Positions 42,270 to 52,468 are shown, counted from the stretch's first letter. The stretch is 64,000 nt of DNA from an uncultured Acidobacteriota bacterium (GCA_963823935.1 CAWGNM010000011.1:34724-98723); one strand, 5' to 3'. The notes: generated by a model not told the origin, from the letters alone. A program made the numbers and translations.

Positions 42270-42307
42270 AAAAGGCCCGGCGCTTGGCGCCGGGCCTTTT
42301 GCTTTTT
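42270..42307. terminator. bidirectional rho-independent terminator between convergent htrA and serA
   Basis: A-run, then a perfect 10-bp stem GGCCCGGCGC-TTG-GCGCCGGGCC (42274-42296), then TTTTGCTTTTT. Confidence 0.8.
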
Positions 42308-42355
42308 GCTTGGCCGTCTTGCGCTTCGGCTTCGCGTTGCTGGTCGCGCCGGGGC

Positions 42356-43978
42356 TCAGCCTGCGGACGAAGTGGCGGCCTCAGCCGCGCGCGGCAGCCG
42401 CACGATGCGCGCCTCCACGACGTTGGGAATGGAACGCAGGCGGGGCAGAATGGACTCGGGAACGTCGCCATCGAGCTGCACGATGGCCAGCGCTTCCGCG
42501 CCGAGCTGGGCGGCGCGCCGGCCGAGAGCGAATGTGGCGATGTTCAGGCCCTGGGTGCCCAGCAACGTGCCCACCTGCCCGATTACGCCGGGGACGTCGC
42601 GGTTGGTCATGATCAGCAGATTGCCTTCGAGCGGGGCTTCGCAGGCGATTCCGTTGATCTGCAGCAGGCGCGGCGTGGCGCCGTAGAGAATCGTCCCCAG
42701 CGCGGAGAATTCACGCCGCTTGCCGTCTCCCGCCGAGTACGTGGCGATCTCCAGCACATCGGCGATGCCGCGTTCGCGCGGGCGCCTGCTCTCCTGGATC
42801 TCCAATCCGCGTTCGACGGCGCGGGCCGAGGCGTTCACGAGATTGACGTGCTCGTCGAGCACGGCATTCAAAACGCCGGCCAGGGCGGCGCTGCCCAGCA
42901 CGCGGGTGCCGATCTCGGCGGGCTCTCCGGCGTAGGCAATGCGCAGGCGGCGGGCCGGAAAGGGCGCGGCCTGGGCGACGAGCGAAGCCAGGCGCTCGGC
43001 CAGATCGAGATAGGGCCGCAGGCGCCGGTACTGCTCGGGCGGGATCGGCGGCAGATTGACGGAGTTGCGCATCGTGCCGTCCAGCAGGTAGTCGCGGACC
43101 TGCTGGGCGATTTGCACGCCGACTTCCTCCTGCGCCTCGGCCGTGGAGCCGCCCACGTGCGGCGTGGCAATCACGTTGGGCATTTGCAGCAGGGGAGAGT
43201 TGCGCGGGGGCTCCTCCGCGAAAACGTCCAGTGCGGCGCCGGCGAGGTGCTTGGACTGCAGGGCTTCGGCCAGAGCGGCTTCGTCCACGAGTTCGCCGCG
43301 AGCGGCGTTTACGAGGCGCGCGCCTTTTTTCATTTGCGCCAGCGTCTGGGCATTGATCAGGCGCTCGGTGGACGGCGAGAGCGCGGTGTGCAGCGAGACG
43401 TAATCCGACTGGGCCAGAACTTCCGGCAGCGCAAGCAGCTCCGCGCCCCATTCCGCGGCGCGCTCCGCGCTGACGTAGGGATCGTAAGCGACCACGCGCA
43501 TCTCCAGCGCGCGGGCGCGGCGCGCCACTTCCGCTCCCACGCGGCCCAGCCCGATCAGGCCGAGCGTCTTGCCGCGAAGTTCGGCGCCGGCGGTGCCGGA
43601 CTTCTCCCATTTTCCGGCGTGCATGCTGGCGTTCAGTTGCGGAATGGAGCGAGCCATGGAGAGCATCAGCGCCAGCGTGTGTTCGGCCACGCTCGGCGCA
43701 TTGCCGCCGGGCGTGTTCATCACCAGAACGCCGCGGCGAGTGGCCGCTTCGAGATCGATATTGTCCACGCCGACGCCCGCGCGTCCGACGACGCGCAGAT
43801 TGCGCGCATGGCTCAGGAGCTCGTCGGTGACGCGCGTGGCGCTGCGCACGACGAGCGCATCCGCGTCCGCCATCTCGGCGGCGAGCGCCGCGGCGGCGGG
43901 CTGCACGACTTGCCAGCCGGCGTCGGCCAGGAGTTTTACACCGTGTTCACTGATGCGATCCGCAACGATAATTTTCAT
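42356..43978 (-). CDS. serA: D-3-phosphoglycerate dehydrogenase (long form with C-terminal ACT domain)
   Basis: Intact 540-aa ORF. Reads GRAGVGVDNIDL, GLIGLGRVGAEVARR (NAD site), NAARGELVDE, TPHVGGST, and a C-terminal ACT-like LIMTNRDVPGVIGQVGTLLG. Confidence 0.95.
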   Translation of the reverse strand: MKIIVADRISEHGVKLLADAGWQVVQPAAAALAAEMADADALVVRSATRVTDELLSHARNLRVVGRAGVGVDNIDLEAATRRGVLVMNTPGGNAPSVAEHTLALMLSMARSIPQLNASMHAGKWEKSGTAGAELRGKTLGLIGLGRVGAEVARRARALEMRVVAYDPYVSAERAAEWGAELLALPEVLAQSDYVSLHTALSPSTERLINAQTLAQMKKGARLVNAARGELVDEAALAEALQSKHLAGAALDVFAEEPPRNSPLLQMPNVIATPHVGGSTAEAQEEVGVQIAQQVRDYLLDGTMRNSVNLPPIPPEQYRRLRPYLDLAERLASLVAQAAPFPARRLRIAYAGEPAEIGTRVLGSAALAGVLNAVLDEHVNLVNASARAVERGLEIQESRRPRERGIADVLEIATYSAGDGKRREFSALGTILYGATPRLLQINGIACEAPLEGNLLIMTNRDVPGVIGQVGTLLGTQGLNIATFALGRRAAQLGAEALAIVQLDGDVPESILPRLRSIPNVVEARIVRLPRAAEAATSSAG

Positions 43979-44147
43979 GGCCCAAAGAGACTAGCGGCCA
44001 CAATTGGCTCTGTCAATTGAGCATCGATGGAACATACTGCTTGGGCCTCGCGCATGCTTTTCGCAGCGAGCAAGTCCATCCAGGGCAAACACCCTGAGCC
44101 CGTATGCTATAGTTTCGCGCTGACAGAAACGAGGCGCGAAAACACGT

Positions 44148-44603
44148 ATGCCGTTCATCGACCGCATCCAGAAAGACCTCACCGAGGCCATGAAATCGAA
44201 GGAGGAGTTGCGCTTGAGCGTGCTGCGGATGGTAAAAAGCGCGCTCAAGAATAAGGAGATCGAGAAGATCCGGCCGCTGGACGACGCGGAGTCGATGCAG
44301 GTTTTGCAGACGCTGGTGAAGCAGCGCAAGGAGTCCGTGGAGCAGTTCACTCGCGGCGGGCGCGCCGACCTGGCCGACAAGGAGACCCGCGAAATCGCCA
44401 TCATCGAAACGTATCTGCCGGCGGCCGCGAACGAAGCGGACGTGGATCGAGCCATCGAGGCGGCCATCGCGGAGACGTCCGCGAATTCGCCGAAGCAGAT
44501 GGGCGCGGTAATCAAAGCGGCGCGCGTGCACCTGGAAGGCAAAACGGTGGATGGCAAGATGCTTTCCGACCGCGTGCGCGACCGGCTGTCCCGCGTGGGC
44601 TAA
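44148..44603 (+). CDS. GatB/YqeY domain-containing protein
   Basis: Intact 151-aa ORF reading MPFIDRIQKDLTEAMKSKEELRLSVLRMVKSALKNKEIEK...REIAIIETYLP...KQMGAVIKA. Confidence 0.85.
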   Translation: MPFIDRIQKDLTEAMKSKEELRLSVLRMVKSALKNKEIEKIRPLDDAESMQVLQTLVKQRKESVEQFTRGGRADLADKETREIAIIETYLPAAANEADVDRAIEAAIAETSANSPKQMGAVIKAARVHLEGKTVDGKMLSDRVRDRLSRVG

Positions 44604-44636
44604 AGCGCTTCGGCAGCCACCGGGGAGGATCCACTT

Positions 44637-45113
44637 TCAGAATCGAGAAACTAAGAATACTCCGAGTCCGATAGCGACCAGATCTTCCGCAATTGCGATA
44701 ACGAAATCTGGAACGCGCAGAGCACGATCCAAACCCGCCCGAGCACGATAGCCGCCGAATGCGCCTCCGATTCCGCCGACCACTCCGGCCAGCGCTCCGA
44801 GCCACGGCGTCGCCCGGCCAGCCACCGCGAGACATGCACCGCACAAGGCGCTCGTGACGATTCGTGCGGACAGGCCGGGCGCAGCCGTGCGAGGGGGCGT
44901 ACCGGGGAGCTGGTCGACGACCAGTTCCACCAGCGCCAAAAGCGTGAAGAGGCCCACGGCCCACTTTGTTCCCATGAAAGCCAAGGGAGAGCCGTGGAGA
45001 GCGATCCGTCCGAGATGAGCCGCCCAGGCTACGACGGCGGGTGCAGTTAGAGAACGAAGCCCTGCCACGATACCGATACTAAGAGCGAGCAAGAGGACGA
45101 ATCCGGTATTCAT
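44637..45113 (-). CDS. small integral membrane protein (DUF4126-like)
   Basis: Intact 158-aa ORF with 4-5 hydrophobic segments (LLLALSIGIVAGLRSLTAPAVVAWAA...). The family assignment is from memory of similar sequences and is tentative. Confidence 0.5.
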   Translation of the reverse strand: MNTGFVLLLALSIGIVAGLRSLTAPAVVAWAAHLGRIALHGSPLAFMGTKWAVGLFTLLALVELVVDQLPGTPPRTAAPGLSARIVTSALCGACLAVAGRATPWLGALAGVVGGIGGAFGGYRARAGLDRALRVPDFVIAIAEDLVAIGLGVFLVSRF

Positions 45114-45163
45114 AAAGACCCCTCGGTGGCCTCGGCGACTCGGGATGACGGGTTGAATCTTTT

Positions 45164-47707
45164 TCAGACGCTTAGGCCTTTGGCGCGCAGGCCGGCCATG
45201 ATCTTTTCCCGGGTGATGGCATGGTCGCGAATGCGGACGCCGACCGCATTATAGAGAGCGTTCGATATCGCGCCCGGCACCGATCCGATCCCCGTCTCGC
45301 TGAAACTCTTGATCCCGTAAAACCAACGAGGCTCCAGGCTATCCACAAAGATGTTGGTCTGGTCCTGGGGCACATCCATGATGGTGGGCAGGCGGAAAGA
45401 CAAGTAGCCCACGCTGTAGTGGGTGGTTCCGGGAAATTCGCGGTCCCACGGAACGGGATCGGTGGTCATCTGAACGGATTCGACGAGCGAGCCATGCAAA
45501 TCGGCTTCCGCGACCAGCGGATTGATGACGAGGCCGGCGTCATGACAATAGACCGACCTGGTCACTCTCCAGTCGGCGGTCCACGTATCCACCTCTACTT
45601 CCACGAAGCAGGCGGCAGCGCCCTTGGTCATGGCCCTGCCTTGACCTTGGGCCACACCGGCGCCGGTGGTGCGTATCGAGCCGCCGTTGGCTTTGGCCAG
45701 GGCCGCGAAGGTTGTCTTCTTTTTGGGATCTTCCGTCGAGGAGATGGCTCCGTCTTTGATAACCAGCTTGGCAACGTCCACCTTCAGGTCCGCTGCCGCG
45801 CGGCGAAGAAGATCCTTGCGCAGCTTATCGGCGGCGCTAAAAACCGCCGCTCCTTGCAGGGTGATGGTTCTGCCGCCGTACCAGGTATTGCTCGAGGGCG
45901 CGAGATCGGAGTCGCCCCAGACCACGCGCATGCGATCCCGGGTGGTGAATCCGAGGATCTCCGCGACCACCTGAGCGAGCCCGGTATCGTGATTGGTTCC
46001 GCTATCGGGGAGAGCGTTCTTCATGATCACGTAGCCGTCGGCGTCTAACTCCACCTCGGCGCCGAAAGTGCTGCCCGTGGGGCCTCCGGCATCGGCTGGC
46101 GCCGCCCTCTGGTAGCCGACCTCGCCGTCGTGATAACCCATGATGCCGCAGTGGTGCTGGGACATTCCCAGCCCGATGCCTCGCTTGATCCTTCCCGGCG
46201 TGCCTCCGGGTACGGGATTCCGTTTCTCCCATCCGATGGCCTTGGCCCCTTCCTGCAGGACTTCCACGGAGGCAAACGAATCGTAGGTGAGCGCGCCATT
46301 CTCGAGCTCATACCTTCGTCCCAGGTCGCCGGCATGCCAGTCTTTTGCGGGAGAGAGCTTGGTTCCCGGCCTGGAAATATGCATCAGCCGGAACTGGAGC
46401 GGATCTTTCCCCACGGCCTCGGCCATTTCGTCGATCATGCTCTCCCAGGCCCACTTCACCTCTTGCTGGGTATAGCTGCGCACCGAGCGGATGACCATGG
46501 CGTTGGTCTTATAGCTGCACCAGACGGATTTCCAGTTCGGCACCTTGGCGGTGTAGAGCTCTTGCTGGTTTTTCGAAAGCTCCGACGAGGAATGGCCGTC
46601 GGCGTCCTCCGCGCCCACGCTGATATGAATCTCGTGCAGCAGGGCCACGATTTGGCCGTCTTTGGTCGGCGCCCACTTTGAATTTCGTAATCGTCTCCGG
46701 CTTGATGCTGATGTAGGCCAGTTCCTGGTTTTTTGTCAGCGCCACCTTCACCGGCCTGCCGGCCATTTTTGCCAGGTACGCGATAAACGGCTGTATTCGC
46801 GAGGCCGACTGAATCGACCCGAAGGTGCAGCCGTTCCATTTGTTGATGTAGCGGATCGTGGTGGGATCGATGGCCAGCGCGCGGGCAATCTCGGCGCGCA
46901 GCGGGTAGATTCCTTGCCCCATGCCCCAGAACGTGAGCCTGTCGCCATCCCATTTGGCCACGCAACTGAGGGGCTGCATGGGAACGGCCGTCGCGCCGGC
47001 AAAACTGTAGGTGAACTCCTTGATCACGTCGGCTTCCTGGAATCCCTTGTCGACGTCGCCGTGCTTGCTCACCCAGGTGGCATCGGGATCGTAGTGCGGA
47101 TCGTTTTCCGGCATGAGAATGAGATTGCCTCTGCCTCGGCGCACGCGAAGGTCCGGCGCGTCGGGCACAGTGGCCTGAGCGAGCGTGGAGGCAAACGGAA
47201 GAACCTCGTAGTCGACCTCGATCGCGGCGACCGCGTCCTCGGCCAAATCCTCGGTCTCCGCAGCCACGAAGGCGACCGTGTCACCCTGGAAGTTGAGCTC
47301 TTGAGAGAGCGGAAAAGTCTTGGGGCCGTTTTTGTACGTGAGTATGCAGGACACACCCTGGCATCCGCTCGGCTTTGGAAGTATCGAGGCTCTTTATCCG
47401 GGCATGGGGATGGGGGCAGGTGAGCAGCTTGGCATGCAGCAGATTGGGCAGCAGCACACGCGTGGCGTACAGGGCCTTGCCGGTGTATCGCGGAATGGCG
47501 ACCTCAGGCATCGCCGGCATCGGCTTTCCCACTACGTTGAGATTCTCGGGCGGATAGCCCTGCCACTTTTTCGTTACGATCTTGTCATCGCCCTCGACGA
47601 GAGTATCGCCGGGCAGATGGCCGCCGCCGGTGGAAAAGTCGCGCACCATTGGCTGCTTGAGCTGAATCACGGATTCCGGGGCGGATTCGATCTTCGTTTT
47701 TACTCAT
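45164..47707 (-). pseudogene. xanthine dehydrogenase/aldehyde oxidase family molybdopterin-binding large subunit; frame broken about three times
   Basis: Start MSKTKIESAPESVIQLKQ... needs one base removed from an A5 run near 47695. The a/b-hammerhead part reads GKALYATRVLLPNLLHAKLLTCPHPHARIKSLD...FQGDTVAFVAAETEDLAEDAVAAIEVDYEVLP. The Mo-binding part reads ...GCTFGS...ELDADGYVIMKNALPDSGTNHDTGLAQVVAEILG...FVEVEVDTWTADWRVTRSVYCHDAGLVINP...ETGIGSVPGAISNALYNAVGVRI. Further breaks lie near 47340 and 46660. Confidence 0.8.
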
Positions 47708-47831
47708 CCGGAATCTCCTTTTGGCTTTCTGGTGCCGGTGATTCTACACCAACGGGCTCTGTTTGCCCGGGTTAACCGCCAACATGATCTCAATCCTGCG
47801 CTTTTGCGGCGAGGTTCGCGCCGAGCGGGGC

Positions 47832-47941
47832 TGCGCTACGATGCGGTTATGCCGCTGCCGAAGCGATCCGGGTGCGCTACACGGAAGAAGATGCCGGGTA
47901 CATCACAACCTGGCCGGCGGTGTGGCAGAGCTTCGGCCCGG
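47832..47941 (+). repeat. direct repeat copy 1: degenerate 5' fragment of the hypothetical gene at 50935
   Basis: tgcgctacgatgcggttatgccgctgccgaagcgatcc...ggcagagcttcggcccg aligns with 50918-51028 at roughly 85-90% identity by eye, with one 1-nt gap. The similarity ends abruptly at 47941. Confidence 0.8.
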
Positions 47942-47992
47942 CTCGGAAGCTTCCACGGTGTTGCGTCAGTTTCCGATAATTCCCGAGGGCTC

Positions 47993-49485
47993 TCAAGGCG
48001 TTGGAATCGTGCCCGACACCTGGTTTGAATAAGCGCTCTGCACATTGCCTGAATTGACTGCGGTCACAACCCAGTAATAAGTCTGGCCAGCCTGTACGGT
48101 CGTATCGGTGAAAGTCGTGGTCGCGTCCACTATAGAATTGATCTTGGTGTACGGCCCGCCGGAGACGGTTCCCCGATACACGTCGTAGCCTATGACTGCA
48201 GATGTGCTTGCATCCCAGGTCAGAGTCCCAGAATGGGAGATTGGCGCGACGCCAGTACCTGTCAAGGCGATCGACGCTGGGGAATTAGATGCGTTGCTGA
48301 CGACCGAAACGCTTCCCGTTGCACTTCCTGTCGCCGCTGGGGCAAAAGTCACATTCAAGGTCACGATCTGCCCGGAAGTCACGATAAGTCCAGCGGACAC
48401 GCCACTGGCGGTGAAGCCAGGACCGGAGATAGTCACATTCGAGATCGTGATATTGGAACTGCCAGAATTGGTGAATGTCACGCCCAGACTACTGCTGCTG
48501 CTTATGTCTACGTTTCCGAAGCTTAGAGCCGACGCGCTGGCAACTAGCCGCCCAGGAGGAACAGCATTGACGGTGAGGATCGCTGCGCTGCTGGTCGCGT
48601 TGCCCGCCGTGTTGCTGACTACCACGGTGAACTGCGCTCCGCTGGACGAAGTCGTTTCCGCCGGCGTGGTGTAGCTCGAAGATGTTGCTCCGCTGATGGC
48701 CGTCGCGTTCAGGCTCCATTGATAGGTGAGCGGCGCTGTGCCCGTTGCGGTGACGGAGAACGTGGCCGTTTGTCCCGCCGTGATGGTTTAGGCTAGAGCG
48801 GCTGCGTGATGATCGAAGGCGTCACCGGAGCGGGGTTCACGGTGAGAACGGCTGCGCTGCTGGTCGCGTTGCCCGCCGTGTTGGTGACCACCACGGTGAA
48901 CTGCGCTCCGCTGGCCGAAGTCGTTTCCGCGGGTGTAGTGTAGCTCGAGGAAGCCGCTCCGCTGATGGCTGTCCCGTTCTGCCGCCACTGATAACTGAGC
49001 GGTGCTGTGCCCGTTGCGGTCACTGTGAACGTGGCCGTTTGTCCCGCCGTGATGGTTTGGCTCGCAGGCTGGGTGGTGACATGCGGGCTCTGGATTCCGA
49101 GGCCGCTCAGCTTGTCGGTAACGGTGTTACCATCCGCGCGCGTGAACGTGAGCGTGCCTGGGTACGCTTGCGCTGCAGTAGGCGTGAAGGTCACAGCCGC
49201 TAGCAAGCTCTGACCCGGGCGTAGCGTGATTGGCAACGAGGCCCCAGAGTAGCTGAATTGGATGGGCGCTAGTGACACGCCGACAATTTTGATATTCGAG
49301 AGGGTGTTGTTGGTGAGTGTCACAGCCATCGATGGACTGGCAACGCCCACCGTTTGGCTACCGAAATCCATGGGACTAGGATTGAAGGAAATTTTGGCCT
49401 GTGCCGTCGCGCCCGCTGCGAGGAGTAGCGCGAACAACAGCGCACACTTTACGATTTTCTTGCTGCCCTGCCCGGTGGATTGCAT
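47993..49485 (-). pseudogene. secreted Ig-repeat protein (two choice-of-anchor-D/HYDIN-like domains, two I-set-like Ig repeats, C-terminal FN3); interrupted between the Ig repeats
   Basis: Signal peptide MQSTGQGSKKIVKCALLFALLLAAGATAQA. Reads FGSQTVGVASPSMAVTLTNN...; twice TQP.SQTITAGQTATF.VTATGTAPL.YQW..N.TAISGA.SSSYTTPAETTS.SGAQFTVVV.NTAGNATSSAA.LTVN; FGNVDISSSSSLGVTFTNSGSSNITISNVTISG; and the FN3 tail LTWDASTSAVIGYDVYRG...YYWVVTAVN. There is a TAG in the upstream frame and a TAA in the downstream frame at 48789-48800. Confidence 0.7.
48555..49075 (-). repeat. two tandem ~265-bp coding repeats (I-set-like Ig domains)
   Basis: Near-identical blocks, for example ctgctggtcgcgttgcccgccgtgtt and accacggtgaactgcgctccgctgg followed by cgaagtcgtttccgc, occur at about 48590-48660 and about 48858-48930. 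Confidence 0.75.
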
Positions 49486-49829
49486 TGGACCCTCTCGAGG
49501 TCTTGATCAGCTAAGACGTTTCGATCAGCTCAGCTCAACAGACGCGGTGGATTTCGTTGATCGGGGAGAGGGTCCGAACTTCCACTAGCTTAGTGGAGCG
49601 CCGAAGAGGGCACTACTAGCGGCTGGTTCAGATTGAGGACAGGTGCCAAAGGGGACAGTATTTTCACTCAATGAAAAAGCGGTCAGAAGGGTTCGGTGCT
49701 AATCGTGATCTAATTCGTCGCTGTCGAATAGACCGCGATTGCGCTTTGGGTTGACCGATAGTGAATCGGAAGACCGAAGCCGATTGCTGCAGGAGTCGCT
49801 CTGAAGAGTTCGTGCGCGCAGTCGGACGC

Positions 49830-50502
49830 TCACGGAGATCCCCGCCGTTGGTAACAGAGGAAAATGAGGTCGGTTCGGCGCTTCACGCCAAACTTGCTGA
49901 GGAGATTAGAGACGTGGAACCTCACGGTGTATTTGGAGATATTCAGTCTAGTCCCGATCTCTTTGTTGACAAGGTTCTCCAGCAAAGCATCGAGCACCTG
50001 CTGCTCCCGTCCGCTCAATTCCGCCGCGCTCCCCATTTCGAGCCGCCGGCCACGGGTGTCTTCGAGAACCGAGTCCACGAATGCCGACAAGAGTGCCCTG
50101 GGAACCCAGAAGCCACCGGCTGCAATGGGAGGCAGAGCACGCGGCAACTGTTTGCGCGCTTCTGCGTAGGTAAGCAAGCCCTTCGCGCCCAGACGCAGTA
50201 GATCGTAGCTTTCCACAGTGTTGAATTTTTCGGAAACAATCAACAGCTTGGCAGACGGAGAACGCTCCAGCACGGTGGCGATGAGGGCGACGGCCTCGCG
50301 TTGCGAACTGCAAGCGTCGACGACATAGACAGGCGCTTGCGGAAGCGCTAATCGCCTCAGCTCTGGAGTGAGCATCGAGTCTAGGTGGAGTGTCAACACG
50401 TGGAAGACGGCGGCGGGAGCACCCGGGAAAACTCGGCAAGCGCCAAGGATGCGGAGACAAGATACAAACCTTCAGAGGACTCTTGCCCGCGGTATCTTTC
50501 AC
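49830..50502 (-). pseudogene. LuxR-family regulator with an atypical receiver-like N-terminal domain; two frame breaks near the 5' end
   Basis: C-terminal HTH reads LSGREQQVLDALLENLVNKEIGTRLNISKYTVRFHVSNLLSKFGV. The N-terminus is reconstructed across three frames as MKDTAGKSPLKVCILSPHP / LALAEFSRVLPPP / LTLHLDSMLTPEL...VYVVDACSS...KLLIVSEKF...GAKGLL. Breaks lie near 50440 and 50400. Confidence 0.7.
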
Positions 50503-50917
50503 AATCCGAGCCTATGTGAACGAACACATGCCGTTTTAGGACGATGGGGTTTCTGAATGACCGCCATGGCGGGATCGAGCCACCCGTCGGGCAATCGCGT
50601 CGTTGGTGTCGGTATCGGCAAATCTGGGCCGCGTGTGAGCTCTGGTCGCTACTTACCGCTCAGGACCGAAACGGGAAGCTTCACCGTCATTTGGTTCGCA
50701 TCCGGTACGGTGGTCCAGAGGTAATTCGATCAGTTTTCTTCCCGGAACCGTTGCCAGCCGCACACTCACAATATTGGCTTCCTGAAGGCCATTCGTCGGC
50801 CCTTCTAAGTGAGCAATCGGATAACCAGAGCCTTGAAAACTGAAGTAGCTGGACAGATGTGGTTGGCGGTGAGGTGGTCCATGATTTTCGAGACCATGCC
50901 CTCGAAGAGGTCTTCTT

Positions 50918-51028
50918 TGCGCTACGATGCGGTTATGCCGCTGCCCGAAGCGATCCCGGTGCGCTATACGGAAGAAGAGGCCGGATACATCACCACCCGG
51001 CCGGTGGTGCGGCAGAGCTTCCGCCCGG
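50918..51028 (+). repeat. direct repeat copy 2 (spans the start of the intact hypothetical gene)
   Basis: See copy 1. This copy contains the ATG at 50935 and the first ~31 codons. Confidence 0.8.
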
Positions 51029-51549
51029 ACCAACTTCTGGACATGGTGCTGAGCGTCACGGGCAAGGACGCCAAGCGCATCCGGCAAATCTTCCGCTCCG
51101 GCACCGTGGTTTTTCACTTCTACCGCTATTGGTGGACGGGCTTCGATATCGAAGACGGGGAGTTGGCGGGATTGCTGGCGCGCTTTCCCGATCCCGACCC
51201 CTTGCGCGAATTTTGCGCGGCCGACTGTACGCTCATCGCCATAGAGTCCGGCCAGATGCCGCCGCGTCCCGCCGTCGAAATTCAACGTGAGGCCATTTCG
51301 CGCGGGGGATTATTTCGCCGCAGAACTTTTTGGAATGCGCTGCTCGCCGAGGTTGCCTCCACCCCTGTCGCTTACCAGGGCTACTCCTTCGGTTACCACG
51401 CCGATCTTTACCGGCTCGAACTCACTCCGGAGTCGCGGGCGCGCCTTATCGCCGCAACCTCGACCGCCCCTCGGGAGATGCGGAAGGAGCTGCAAGCGAT
51501 AAGCAACGCAGCCCGCGTCGTGTTTGCTTGCCCGCGTCCATCTACGTAG
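50935..51549 (+). CDS. hypothetical protein (no recognisable family)
   Basis: Intact frame MPLPEAIPVRYTEEEAGYITTRPVVRQSFRPDQLLDMVLSVTGKDAKRIRQIF...YRYWWTGFDIEDGELAGLLARFPDPDP... In-frame starts also exist at 50881 and 50896. Confidence 0.55.
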   Translation: MPLPEAIPVRYTEEEAGYITTRPVVRQSFRPDQLLDMVLSVTGKDAKRIRQIFRSGTVVFHFYRYWWTGFDIEDGELAGLLARFPDPDPLREFCAADCTLIAIESGQMPPRPAVEIQREAISRGGLFRRRTFWNALLAEVASTPVAYQGYSFGYHADLYRLELTPESRARLIAATSTAPREMRKELQAISNAARVVFACPRPST

Positions 51550-51679
51550 GGCCTCGCGGTCTGTCTCGGGCTCCAAATCGCATGTGACAATCTTCAAGAT
51601 TTCCGCTAACGTCAATGATTTCGTCGTGACGGTTTAGAGCGCACAGAAGCGGCGCCAGAAGAGTGGAGAAACGAGGAAA

Positions 51680-52468
51680 ATGACGGCCGATCCCGGCAGT
51701 TTTGTCGATTTGGAACACGCGTCGGTGGCGCGCGGCGAAAAGATCGTGCTGCACGATATCTCCCTGCGCATTGCCAGCGGCGAGCACGTCGCCATCCTGG
51801 GTCCCAATGGCTGCGGGAAATCCACGCTGATCAAGACCATGAATTGCGAGTGCTATCCCATCGCGCGCGAGGGGATGCACGCGCGCATCTTCGGGCGGGA
51901 ACGCTGGGAGGTGTTCGAGCTGCGCAAGCGGCTGGGCGTGGTCGCCGCCGAATTGCCCAGCGAACGCACCTTGCACACGCTGGGCCGCGACGCGGTGATT
52001 TCCGGCTTCTTCGCCAGCTCCACGATCTGGCCGGAGATGCACGTCAGCGAGGAGATGCGCCGCCGCGCCAGCGCCGCGCTCGATCAGCTCGAAGCCGGCC
52101 ATCTGGCGGACAAGCCGGTGGGCGAGATGTCCGCGGGAGAGATGCGCCGCGTGCTGATCGGCCGCGCCCTGGTGCACGAGCCCGAGATGCTGCTCATCGA
52201 TGAGCCCAGCAACGCGCTCGATCTGGCCGCGCAAAGCGAATTGCGCCAGAGCTTGCGCCGACTGGCGCAGCAAGGCGTGGGCATCGTTCTGATCACGCAT
52301 CATCTGGCCGACATCCTGCCCGAAATCGATCGCGTGGTGATGATGCGGGAAGGCCGGATTTTCGCCGACGGCCCCAAGACCGAGGTGCTCACCGAGGAGC
52401 GGCTGCAGAAGCTTTTCGGCGTGGCCGTCACCATGGCTCGCCGCGACGGCTTCTACCACGTCTGGTAA
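51680..52468 (+). CDS. stand-alone ABC transporter ATP-binding protein (no adjacent permease)
   Basis: Walker A GPNGCGKST, signature MSAGEMRR, Walker B LLIDEPSNALD, H-loop ITHH. Intact 262 aa. Confidence 0.85.
   Translation: MTADPGSFVDLEHASVARGEKIVLHDISLRIASGEHVAILGPNGCGKSTLIKTMNCECYPIAREGMHARIFGRERWEVFELRKRLGVVAAELPSERTLHTLGRDAVISGFFASSTIWPEMHVSEEMRRRASAALDQLEAGHLADKPVGEMSAGEMRRVLIGRALVHEPEMLLIDEPSNALDLAAQSELRQSLRRLAQQGVGIVLITHHLADILPEIDRVVMMREGRIFADGPKTEVLTEERLQKLFGVAVTMARRDGFYHVW

Noticed and set aside
47832-51028. An insertion sequence or integrative element bounded by the 110-bp direct repeats
   Set aside because: I found no transposase, integrase, terminal inverted repeats or tRNA target. 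The repeats are gene-derived and 110 bp long, much longer than typical target-site duplications. It is kept only as an unexplained rearrangement in the findings.
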